A stretch of 63,987 bases of DNA from Bacilli bacterium (lineage in GTDB: Bacteria > Bacillota_I > Bacilli_A > RFN20 > CAG-826), in NCBI GenBank assembly GCA_044372565.1, contig JBILRP010000005.1, positions 1-63,987 on the forward strand. Reading direction: 5' to 3'. Each line of letters begins with the position of its first letter. The stretch's first letter is position 1. Made by a program: the position numbers and the translations under genes. The notes beneath the pieces are model-generated. The model did not search any database, was not told the origin of the DNA, and was given only the letters and a program-made list of their open reading frames with translations. Below are positions 1 through 8,101 of the stretch, one piece after another.

Positions 1-340
1 CGTGATTTTCATAAGGGCGAAAAACTTTATGACCGAAAATGAGATCATATAAAGGTTCAATCTTTTTTAAAGAAACATAATCTTCAAGTTTTAAACCAAG
101 GCGTTGGAACACGGCATCCAAGATATATCGATAAATAAAAAAGGTAGGCCCAGCATCAAAATGAAAATCACCAACATCGATGGAACTTGAACGTCCACCC
201 AATCGATCTCTTGCTTCAAAGATGGTGACGTCATGACCAGCGTGGGCAAGCAGTAAACTTGCCGCTAAGCCACCTGGTCCTCCACCAACAATTGCAATTT
301 TCTTTTTATTTAATTTTGGAGAGCTAATCTTTTCTTTCAT
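1..340 (-). CDS. FAD-dependent phytoene desaturase-family oxidoreductase (CrtI/CrtN-like), N-terminal fragment; remainder lies outside the window
   Basis: My translation of the reverse strand from ATG (rc of cat 338-340) gives [68 protein letters not shown]... It has a GxGxxG Rossmann motif, E-x-R-x-x-GGR and an FDxGPT motif typical of CrtI-type desaturases. It is absent from the ORF track because it runs off the window edge. Confidence 0.7.
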   Translation of the reverse strand, partial: MKEKISSPKLNKKKIAIVGGGPGGLAASLLLAHAGHDVTIFEARDRLGGRSSSIDVGDFHFDAGPTFFIYRYILDAVFQRLGLKLEDYVSLKKIEPLYDLIFGHKVFRPYENH

Positions 341-399
341 GGTGATGATAAATACTAGGTTTATTATACATTTAATTCATTATCGTAGATTGAAAAAGT

Positions 400-427
400 T
401 TGCATTTTTCCGAAAATGTTGTATATT
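400..427 (+). promoter_or_regulatory. Candidate sigma-A promoter of the rimP-nusA-infB operon
   Basis: TTGCAT (400-405), 16-nt spacer, TATATT (422-427), about 80 nt upstream of the rimP ATG. Confidence 0.45.
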
Positions 428-469
428 AAATGTGCTTAGGGTAACTTAAGTCCTCGCAAGTTTAATATG

Positions 470-499
470 AGAGTGGAGAGATCCACTCTTTGTTTATTA
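470..499 (+). promoter_or_regulatory. Leader hairpin with U-tract (terminator-like; candidate attenuator) upstream of rimP
   Basis: A perfect 8-bp stem, AGAGTGGA (470-477) pairing with TCCACTCT (482-489), closes a GAGA loop and is followed by TTGTTTATT. The rimP SD (AGGAG, 501-505) comes immediately after. Confidence 0.5.
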
Positions 500-509
500 A
501 AGGAGAGCC

Positions 510-977
510 ATGACCTCGATAGAAAAGATTGAACAAATCATCAAACCACCCATTGAACAAATGGGTTTAGCCCTATTTGAGGTCTCATTAACCCTAGAAC
601 AAGGCGAAAAATTCCTCCATGTTTATATTGAGAAACCCAATGGAAGAATCGGATTGCAAGAAATCATCGACGTCACGCGATTAATCAATCCAATCTTAGA
701 CCAAACAGACCTTATCCAAGAACGCTACATCCTTGATGTGGCGAGTGCCGGGGTAGAACATCCCATTCATCTTGATGAACTGCCAAATTACTTAACTCGA
801 AACATCTATCTCCACCTGATGCATCCATGGCAAGGGGAGAACATGATTGAGGGAATTCTCCAGAAACTAGAACCTGATCGATTGTGGATCGAAGTCAAAA
901 TAAAAGCGAAAAAACAATTGATTGAAATCAAAAGAAAGGATATTGACTACGCGCGACTTGCGGTAGCAATGAAATAA
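510..977 (+). CDS. rimP: Ribosome maturation factor RimP
   Basis: 155-aa ORF with a RimP-like N-terminus (IIxPxIEQMGLxLFEV ... YILDVASAGVEHPI), positioned directly upstream of nusA. Confidence 0.9.
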   Translation: MTSIEKIEQIIKPPIEQMGLALFEVSLTLEQGEKFLHVYIEKPNGRIGLQEIIDVTRLINPILDQTDLIQERYILDVASAGVEHPIHLDELPNYLTRNIYLHLMHPWQGENMIEGILQKLEPDRLWIEVKIKAKKQLIEIKRKDIDYARLAVAMK

Positions 978-987
978 AAACCATCAT

Positions 988-2658
988 ATGATCGACACAA
1001 AAGCCTTAATCCAAGCCATCGACTTAATTGAGCAAGAAAAAGGAATCTCCAAAGAATCCATTTTGATTGCGTTGAAGGAAGCTTTAGAAAAAGCTTATCG
1101 TAAACAATTGGGGTCCATTGATGATGCCCTTGTCAGAGCCGACATTGATCTTAAAAAAGGAATCATTAAACTTTTCCAATTAAAAACTGTCGTTGAGAAT
1201 ATTGAAGATGATTTTTTAGAAATCTCTCTTGAAGAAATCAAAGCCCTTGGCTTATCGCTACAAGTTGGCGATACGTATCAAATCGAAGCATCCCCTGAAG
1301 ATTTCCAAAAATCAGCAGCGATGACGGTTAAAGCAATCTTGCGGCAAAAAATTGCGGAAGCAGAAAAATCAGCTCTTTATGAAATTTATAAAGATAAAAT
1401 TGGCGAGATGATTGTTGGTCAAGTTGAAAAAATTGACGAACGTTCTGCGATTGTCAATATTGGTCGGACCTCGGTTTACTTACCAAGCTCAAAGAGAATT
1501 CCTGGAGAAACATTTAAGATTGGTGATCGAATTAAACTTTATGTGGTTGATGTTGAATCCACCACCAAAGGCGCACAAATTGCCGTCAGCCGCATTCATG
1601 AAGGATTCTTAAGACGGTTGTTTGAAGAAGAATTACCAGAAATTTATGAAGGAACGGTCATCATCAAAGAAATTGCTCGAGAAGCCGGATTACGGTCAAA
1701 AGTCTCTGTTTATTCTCTTGACCCTAATGTCGATGCAGCCGGCGCATGCATCGGACAAAACGGAAGTCGGATTCAAAAAATTGTCGCTCAATTAGGCAAC
1801 GCCAAAGACAAAGAAAAGATTGATATCATTGCCTATACTGAAAATAAACCACTCTATTTGGTTGAATCGCTAAAGCCTGCTCAGGTCAATGGGATTATTC
1901 TTGATGAACCTGGCAAAAAAGCAACACTGATTATTGCGGATGAAAACCTTGGTACGGCCATCGGTCGTCGTGGGGTCAATCCTCGTCTTGCCAGTAAATT
2001 AACTGGTTATACGATTGAAATTAAGGATCTTACCTCAACCACGGCAGAAGGATTATCCTATACAAGTGTTGATTCATTAAGAACTCAAGATGACATGAGA
2101 AGACAACGTGAAGCCTTACCTAATCCAACCCAAGGCCAAACGTCTTCCAATGCCTCGAATCGTATCCATGATGATTCATTCACCATGGAAGATGTCATGG
2201 CCCCTAAACGAGATGAACCAGTTGCTGAAAAAATCTTGGTTGATACGCCATCCACCGTCAGTAAACCAGTTTCAGCCACCGTCTCTGTGCAGAAACCAGT
2301 TGAGTCCACACCCGTGGTTAAAAAACCTACTCCAATTCAAGAAGCCCCAAAAATTACCGTGGTTCGCACAACCAAGACTTTAGAAGAACTTGAAAAAGAA
2401 TTAGATCAACAAAAAGCAAGAACACCAAAACCAGAACGCTTTGATAAAAAGAAAAAACCATTCAAACGTAAAGAACGTGATGACAAACCATTCACCCCAT
2501 CCATTGGTGCAAGTCCAGAATCTTTAAACCCTGCTAATTTTATGAAGATTTATGATGATGAAACCACCGCACCAGTAGCACCTGTTGCAACCCCAGTGGT
2601 TGAAGAAACCGAAGTCGAACTTGAGGACTTTGATGAATACTACGAAGAAGAAAAGTAG
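988..2658 (+). CDS. nusA: Transcription termination/antitermination factor NusA with a long low-complexity C-terminal extension
   Basis: The N-terminal domain, S1 (GQVEKIDERSAIVNIG) and two KH domains (GACIGQNGSRIQ, GTAIGRRGVNPRLA) are recognisable. About 210 extra residues rich in P/T/V/K/E end in EDFDEYYEEEK. Confidence 0.95.
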   Translation: MIDTKALIQAIDLIEQEKGISKESILIALKEALEKAYRKQLGSIDDALVRADIDLKKGIIKLFQLKTVVENIEDDFLEISLEEIKALGLSLQVGDTYQIEASPEDFQKSAAMTVKAILRQKIAEAEKSALYEIYKDKIGEMIVGQVEKIDERSAIVNIGRTSVYLPSSKRIPGETFKIGDRIKLYVVDVESTTKGAQIAVSRIHEGFLRRLFEEELPEIYEGTVIIKEIAREAGLRSKVSVYSLDPNVDAAGACIGQNGSRIQKIVAQLGNAKDKEKIDIIAYTENKPLYLVESLKPAQVNGIILDEPGKKATLIIADENLGTAIGRRGVNPRLASKLTGYTIEIKDLTSTTAEGLSYTSVDSLRTQDDMRRQREALPNPTQGQTSSNASNRIHDDSFTMEDVMAPKRDEPVAEKILVDTPSTVSKPVSATVSVQKPVESTPVVKKPTPIQEAPKITVVRTTKTLEELEKELDQQKARTPKPERFDKKKKPFKRKERDDKPFTPSIGASPESLNPANFMKIYDDETTAPVAPVATPVVEETEVELEDFDEYYEEEK

Positions 2659-2908
2659 TTTGCCAATTCGGAGGTGTTTGGTCACGGGTGAGCAATTACC
2701 TAAAGCCACCTTGCTAAGGATTGTTCTCACTCCACTTGGCCAATTAATGATTGATCCTTCTGGAAAACAAAACGGTCGTGGTGCTTACATCAAAAAGGAT
2801 GTCACCTTACTTGACCGTTTAAAAAAAGGTCAATTATTAAGAAAACAGTTTGCCGTCGAAGTCTCTGAAGATTTCTACGACCTATTGAAGAAGGAATTAC
2901 ATGAATAG
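2633..2908 (+). CDS. ylxR: YlxR/RnpM-family RNA-binding protein (DUF448)
   Basis: LPIRRCLVTGE ... GRGAYI signature. I chose the internal ATG at 2633 (MNTTKKKSSLPIRRC) rather than the track start at 2585. It overlaps the nusA 3' end. Confidence 0.8.
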   Translation: MNTTKKKSSLPIRRCLVTGEQLPKATLLRIVLTPLGQLMIDPSGKQNGRGAYIKKDVTLLDRLKKGQLLRKQFAVEVSEDFYDLLKKELHE

Positions 2909-3257
2909 TCCTTGGTTACAACATCTTCACTTCGTGATGAAGGCCAACGCTTTTTTAACCGGAGAATTGGCATTAAGAGCCCTATCGCGAAAACAAGTCT
3001 ATTACGCGATTATTGCATCCGATACCTCCTTATCTCATCAAAACATGTTGATTGAACGGTTAACTTACTATCACATTCCTTATCGAATCTTCCTTGATAA
3101 AAAAACCATGAATCAACTTACCAAAAAAGAACAAGTCGTGATGATTGCGATAACCAACTCACAGCTCGCTAAAACGCTAAAAACAAAGGAGATCGTAGAT
3201 GAAAAACAAACCACAGATTCGTCAAGAGAATACCCAGGGGAACCTCGGAAAGACTGA
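2901..3257 (+). CDS. ylxQ: L7Ae-family RNA-binding protein YlxQ
   Basis: Conserved position between ylxR and infB, with an L7Ae-like core (LTGELALRAL...YAIIASDTS...IPY). Its 3' tail overlaps the infB start by 59 nt. Confidence 0.75.
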   Translation: MNSPWLQHLHFVMKANAFLTGELALRALSRKQVYYAIIASDTSLSHQNMLIERLTYYHIPYRIFLDKKTMNQLTKKEQVVMIAITNSQLAKTLKTKEIVDEKQTTDSSREYPGEPRKD

Positions 3258-5022
3258 AGTTGCCAAAGTCAGTGGCGATGTCTTTTTATATAACGAACCA
3301 ATGACCCTTGCTGCTTTTGCAGCAAAATTAAATAAGCCAGCAGCGGAAATTGTTAAATTTTTGTTCTTAAATAAAAAGATGATCACAATGAATGCCATGA
3401 TTGATGATGAAACGATTGGTCTGGTTTGTCTACATTACGGTCTTGATTTCAAAAAAGAAAAATTAGTCGCTGCTGAAAATATCGAAGATTATTCCATGGA
3501 TGATGATGCCAAATCCTTAGAAGAAAGAGCACCAGTGGTCACGATCATGGGTCACGTTGATCACGGAAAAACAACCCTGATCGATGCGATTCGAAGTTCA
3601 AATTTAGCGGAAGCAGAATTTGGTGGCATTTCTCAAGCAATTGGCGCCTATCAACGAGAATTTAAAGGCAAGAAGATTACTTTTATTGATACACCAGGAC
3701 ACGCGGCTTTCACCGCGATGAGAAGTCGTGGGGCCAAAGTCACGGATATTGTTATTCTTGTCGTCGCTGCGGATGATGGGGTCATGCCTCAAACCAAAGA
3801 AGCAATTGATCATGCGGTGGCTGCAGACGTCCCCATTATTGTTGCGATTAATAAAATGGACAAATCAACTGCCAACGCAAAACGGGTCAAAGAAGAATTG
3901 ATGAAACTCAATATCATCGCTGAAGAATTTGGTGGTGAACACATCTTTGTAGAAATCTCTGCGAAAGCAAAAACAGGTATCGATGAATTGTTAGAAAACA
4001 TTTTACTGATTGCCGAAGTTAAAGAATTAAAAGCGAATCCTAAACGCTATGCTTCAGGCACAGTCCTAGAAGCAGTCTTAGACAAACGCGAAGGACCACG
4101 GGCTACCTTACTTATTGAAAATGGAACCCTAAATGCTTCAGATTATTTGGTGGTGGGTAGTGTCTATGGGAAAGTTCGCCGGATGACCAATGAGTATCAT
4201 AAAGCGCTTAAATTAGCCTTACCTTCTACTCCAGTTGAAGTCATCGGTTTGAACGAAGTTCCGATTGCTGGTGATTCTTTCATGGCCTTTCCAAATGAAA
4301 AACAAGCAAAAGAAATTGCGGAAAAACGTCAACTTGCGAAAACAGAAACATCACGACAATCAAGCAATGCGAATTCGATTGAAGCCTTGAATGAGAAACT
4401 TAACTCAGGGGATATGCAAGCGATCAATTTAATCATTAAAACTGACAATACAGGATCTTTAGAAGCGATTAAATCTTCGTTAGAAAAGTTATCTGCTGAT
4501 GGTGTGAAGTTGAAAATCATTCGAAGTGATATCGGCTCGATTACTGAAACGGATTTGATGTTGGCATTATCCTCAAAAGCATTGATTTATAGCTTTAACA
4601 TCAAGCCAGAATCTTCCATCCAACAAAAAGCCAATGAACTCAAAGTCGATATTCGTCTTCACCGAATCATTTATGCCCTGCTTGAAGAAGTGGAAGCAAT
4701 GATGAAGGGTAAAATTAAGATCAAGATGATCGAGAAAGTTCTTGGTCAATTTGAAATTCGCCAAATCTTTAAATTAACCAAAGCAGGGGTTGTTGCCGGT
4801 GGCATGGTCACCAGTGGGATGATGATGAATCAAGCGATGATTCGGCTTTTACGAAGTGGAGCGATTGTCCACGAAGGTAAAATCAGTTCCTTAAAACGGA
4901 TGAAGGATGAAGTCAAAGAAGTGAAGACGGGTTTCGAATGCGGCATCGCCGTTGAAAACTATCATGAAATGAAAGTTGGCGATATCATCGAAGCTTACCA
5001 AATGGTTGAGGAAAAGAAATGA
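3199..5022 (+). CDS. infB: Translation initiation factor IF-2 (short N-terminal region)
   Basis: G domain with [15 protein letters not shown] and NKMD motifs. AAGGAG SD lies about 7 nt upstream of the ATG at 3199. Confidence 0.95.
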   Translation: MKNKPQIRQENTQGNLGKTEVAKVSGDVFLYNEPMTLAAFAAKLNKPAAEIVKFLFLNKKMITMNAMIDDETIGLVCLHYGLDFKKEKLVAAENIEDYSMDDDAKSLEERAPVVTIMGHVDHGKTTLIDAIRSSNLAEAEFGGISQAIGAYQREFKGKKITFIDTPGHAAFTAMRSRGAKVTDIVILVVAADDGVMPQTKEAIDHAVAADVPIIVAINKMDKSTANAKRVKEELMKLNIIAEEFGGEHIFVEISAKAKTGIDELLENILLIAEVKELKANPKRYASGTVLEAVLDKREGPRATLLIENGTLNASDYLVVGSVYGKVRRMTNEYHKALKLALPSTPVEVIGLNEVPIAGDSFMAFPNEKQAKEIAEKRQLAKTETSRQSSNANSIEALNEKLNSGDMQAINLIIKTDNTGSLEAIKSSLEKLSADGVKLKIIRSDIGSITETDLMLALSSKALIYSFNIKPESSIQQKANELKVDIRLHRIIYALLEEVEAMMKGKIKIKMIEKVLGQFEIRQIFKLTKAGVVAGGMVTSGMMMNQAMIRLLRSGAIVHEGKISSLKRMKDEVKEVKTGFECGIAVENYHEMKVGDIIEAYQMVEEKK

Positions 5023-5366
5023 GTCACCGTCAATCTCGCGTGAACGCCACAATTGTGAAACACATCACGGATATCATTCAGTTTTCACTGAATAATCCAA
5101 GCCTTGGATTTGTTACTGTCACCGATGCAAACATTACCCCTGATCACACCTATGCCAAAGTGTATGTGTCGTTTATGGGTGCTGAGAATAGTTTGAAGCA
5201 ACTCGAAATTTTAAAAAAAGCTAAAGGGTTTATTCGCACAGAACTAGCCCAACGGATGGATATTTATAAAGTTCCTGATTTGGCATTCTTCTTGGATGAC
5301 ACGTTTGAAAAAGCTGAACGATTAGAAAAGACGCTCGCCGAAGCAAAAGCAAAAATTAAAAAGTAG
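5019..5366 (+). CDS. rbfA: Ribosome-binding factor A
   Basis: 115-aa ORF with ATGA overlap onto infB. RbfA-like sequence (RVNATIVKHITDII...VTVTDANITPDHTYAKVYVS). Confidence 0.9.
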   Translation: MSHRQSRVNATIVKHITDIIQFSLNNPSLGFVTVTDANITPDHTYAKVYVSFMGAENSLKQLEILKKAKGFIRTELAQRMDIYKVPDLAFFLDDTFEKAERLEKTLAEAKAKIKK

Positions 5367-5892
5367 AACGCTTTAACTTTTTCTCCATGGCAATATGCTC
5401 AATATTCGCTTCAAGAAAAGTTTTTCCCTTGGATTGGTAACCTAGTTTCTGATAAAAACTTTCTAGATGCTTTTGCGCATGCAACACAATGTGAACATCA
5501 GGATAGATGCCAAGAAGATATTGATCAAACCATTGAAGAAGTTTTTTCCCATACCCTTGATTGCGATACGTTTTTAAAATGGCAATGCGCCCTGGATGAA
5601 TATGACCTTGTTCGTCTTTGTAATACCGCATCGTGCCTACGGGAACATGATCTAAAAATAAAAGAAAGGAGACACTGATGGCGTCGCTACCATCAAATTC
5701 TTCATCGATATGAACATGTTGCTCCTCAACAAAAACTTTATACCGGAGGTAGGCAACTGTCATGCCTTCATAGGCGGTGGTGACCATTTTTACTTTTAAC
5801 GGAGAATTTGACACATTGAATAAATGAGGTAATGCCATGGGAATCAAGAACTTCCTTTCGATTAATGATATTATGTCATAGGAATTAATCAC
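5356..5892 (-). CDS. GNAT-family N-acetyltransferase (ElaA/YjcF-like)
   Basis: GNAT core: RYKVFVEEQ ... PVGTMRY ... GRIAILKTYRNQGYGKKLL ... FYQKLGY. The start is uncertain: GTG at 5892 or ATG at 5838 (MALPHLF). Confidence 0.75.
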   Translation of the reverse strand: MINSYDIISLIERKFLIPMALPHLFNVSNSPLKVKMVTTAYEGMTVAYLRYKVFVEEQHVHIDEEFDGSDAISVSFLLFLDHVPVGTMRYYKDEQGHIHPGRIAILKTYRNQGYGKKLLQWFDQYLLGIYPDVHIVLHAQKHLESFYQKLGYQSKGKTFLEANIEHIAMEKKLKRSTF

Positions 5893-6741
5893 ATGGATGG
5901 CATTTATTTATTAAACAAACCTACTGGCATTACCTCAAGAGATCTTGTCGATGGTTTAGGGCATAAATTTTCCACTAAAAAAGTTGGGCATACCGGAACT
6001 TTGGATCCTTTTGCCGATGGTTTAATGATCTTAACCGTAGGCAAAGCAACCAAAGCAGGGATGTTTTTAGAAGCATTGGATAAACGTTATGAAGCGACAC
6101 TATTATTGGGGAGCAAAACCGATACTGGGGATTTAACAGGCACTGTTACAGAAACGACCCCTTTGATTGATTTATACGACCAATACGTCAACGACACTTT
6201 AGAATCTTTTTTAGGTGAACAAACCCAAATTCCTCCGATGTATTCTGCCATCAAACAAAACGGGGTTCCTCTATATGAACTTGCGAGAGAAGGTAAGACC
6301 GTTGCCCGTGAACCACGAAAAATTACCATTCATGAAATGAAGTTAATTAAGTTAACCAAAGACACGATTAAGTTTTCTGTTCGGTGTTCTAAAGGGACTT
6401 ATATTCGTACCCTTGCTGAAGATATTGCCGGGAAATTTGGCCTTGTTGGTCATTTGACTGCCTTGACGCGAATCGCGATTGGCCAATATAAATTAGCGGC
6501 AAGTAAAACATTAGAAACCATCACCCTTCAAGATGGGCTCACGGTGTATCAAGGGTTATCCTTTATGGATCAGGTTGTGATTAATGAACCATTTCAAATT
6601 AAAGCCGTCATGGATGGAAAACCTTTTATCATTCAACATCCAAAATCGCGTTTGCTTTTAATTGATGGTCAACAAAATGTCCTGGCGATTTATGATCGTA
6701 GCGAAGGAAATATCTTTAAAGCAGTACGAGGTTTATTTTAA
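5893..6741 (+). CDS. truB: tRNA pseudouridine(55) synthase
   Basis: GHTGTLDPFADGLMIL catalytic motif and conserved operon position. Confidence 0.95.
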   Translation: MDGIYLLNKPTGITSRDLVDGLGHKFSTKKVGHTGTLDPFADGLMILTVGKATKAGMFLEALDKRYEATLLLGSKTDTGDLTGTVTETTPLIDLYDQYVNDTLESFLGEQTQIPPMYSAIKQNGVPLYELAREGKTVAREPRKITIHEMKLIKLTKDTIKFSVRCSKGTYIRTLAEDIAGKFGLVGHLTALTRIAIGQYKLAASKTLETITLQDGLTVYQGLSFMDQVVINEPFQIKAVMDGKPFIIQHPKSRLLLIDGQQNVLAIYDRSEGNIFKAVRGLF

Positions 6742-7649
6742 TGCAAATTTGGGAAACTGATTTATCAACTTCCCCTTTGCTTCATCCTCAGTTGACCATA
6801 TGTCTTGGGTATTTCGATGGGATTCATCTTGGCCATCAACAACTTATTCAAAAAGCAAAGTCTTTAGGTCATCCGATTGCCTTATTGACGTTTGACCGAA
6901 ATCCAAAACCTAATCGGGAACGTCAACAATTAACCCCGCTTCAAACCAAGAAGAAGTTATTTCAATCCATGGGGATTGATTACTTGATTGTCGTTCAATT
7001 CTCTGAGCAAGTGAAATCCATTACTCCCAAAGCTTTTCTTGATTTTCTTTTTCGTATCGGAGGCAAACATCTGGTGTGCGGTCCAGACTTTACGTTTGGC
7101 AAACTTGCCGAGGGAAATATTCAGTTGATTCAACTCGATCAACGATTCACATTGAATATCGTTGCGCATTTATTCGTCAAAGGTCAAAAAGTATCCACTC
7201 GGGATATTGTTGCCTGTCTCGATCAAGGTCAATTGAATTTCATTCCTGCTTTATTAGGTAGACCCTATAGTGTGGAAGGTTATGTCGGTAAAGGCTTAGG
7301 CGAAGGGAAGAAAATGGGGTATCCCACGGCAAACATCGTTTTAGATGCACCTTTTTACTTACCCAAAAATGGGGTTTATGTCACCTTGATTAAAATCGAT
7401 GGTCGGACGTACTACTCGTTGGCAAGTTTAGGATTTCATCCCACGGTTGCCAACCTGGATCACCCCACCTTAGAAGTGTTTGTGCTCAATTACCAAGGCA
7501 ATTTATATGAGAAGTATGTGGAAGTCGCTTTTTTGCACTATTTAAGAAACGAACAAAAGTTTGCATCCAAGGATGCTCTCATTCACCAGATGGATATTGA
7601 TAAATCCACCGCATTGAAGTTGCAAGCAACCTTACCGAAAGAATTTTAG
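6741..7649 (+). CDS. ribF: Bifunctional riboflavin kinase / FMN adenylyltransferase
   Basis: GYFDGIHLGHQQLI nucleotidyltransferase motif and a C-terminal riboflavin-kinase region (GYPTANI ... FHPT). Confidence 0.9.
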   Translation: MQIWETDLSTSPLLHPQLTICLGYFDGIHLGHQQLIQKAKSLGHPIALLTFDRNPKPNRERQQLTPLQTKKKLFQSMGIDYLIVVQFSEQVKSITPKAFLDFLFRIGGKHLVCGPDFTFGKLAEGNIQLIQLDQRFTLNIVAHLFVKGQKVSTRDIVACLDQGQLNFIPALLGRPYSVEGYVGKGLGEGKKMGYPTANIVLDAPFYLPKNGVYVTLIKIDGRTYYSLASLGFHPTVANLDHPTLEVFVLNYQGNLYEKYVEVAFLHYLRNEQKFASKDALIHQMDIDKSTALKLQATLPKEF

Positions 7650-7677
7650 TTGCATTTCTCAAGTAAAAAACTATAAT
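7650..7677 (+). promoter_or_regulatory. Candidate sigma-A promoter of rpsO
   Basis: TTGCAT (7650-7655), 16-nt spacer, TATAAT (7672-7677). Confidence 0.55.
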
Positions 7678-7762
7678 CTATCTAGACCTTATTCGATGTT
7701 CACCGGAGTTTCCACTTGGTGATCGCTGAGAAGGCCAATATAAAAAAAGAGGAGGAAACACC
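7678..7762 (+). promoter_or_regulatory. rpsO 5' leader, possible S15 autoregulatory structure
   Basis: Roughly 80-nt leader. It contains GACCTT...AAGGCC long-range complementarity enclosing a CACC...GGTG helix. The SD (GAGGAGG) lies just downstream. Confidence 0.3.
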
Positions 7763-8032
7763 ATGGGCTTAACCAAAGACCAAGTCAGTACGTTAGTCAA
7801 AGATTTTGGAAAATCCACGACCGATACTGGCTCACCACAAGTGCAAATCGCATTACTCACTGAACAAATCAGAGAATTAACCGAACACTTAAAATCTCAT
7901 AAGAATGACCATCACGGTCGTCGGGGATTATTAGTCTTAGTCGGTCGCCGCGGACGGTTACTAAAATTCTTAGAAAAAACCAATCGCGATGCTTACCTTG
8001 TCTTAATCGACAAACTAGGTCTTCGTAAGTAA
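7763..8032 (+). CDS. rpsO: 30S ribosomal protein S15
   Basis: 89 aa, with GSPQVQIALLTEQIRELTEHLKSHKNDHHGRRGLL. Confidence 0.95.
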   Translation: MGLTKDQVSTLVKDFGKSTTDTGSPQVQIALLTEQIRELTEHLKSHKNDHHGRRGLLVLVGRRGRLLKFLEKTNRDAYLVLIDKLGLRK

Positions 8033-8043
8033 TTCATCACAAG

Positions 8044-8071
8044 AACCATTCGACACCGAATGGTTTTTTTA
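8044..8071 (+). terminator. Intrinsic terminator after rpsO
   Basis: AACCATTCG (8044-8052), loop ACAC, CGAATGGTT (8057-8065), followed by a T-run. Confidence 0.85.
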
Positions 8072-8101
8072 TTTGCTACAATAGGGAAAAAGGATATAGG
8101 T

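Noticed and set aside
3199-3257. The 59-nt ylxQ/infB overlap as a programmed recoding site
   Set aside because: The infB ATG has a well-spaced AAGGAG, and the YlxQ core ends about 20 codons before its stop. The overlap is most simply a drifted stop codon in a compact genome.
8060-8101. ORF-track N-terminal extension of pepT (MVFLFATIGKKDIG)
   Set aside because: The extension begins inside the rpsO terminator hairpin and T-run. The conserved PepT N-terminus (MNLLNRFLEYV) starts at ATG 8102.
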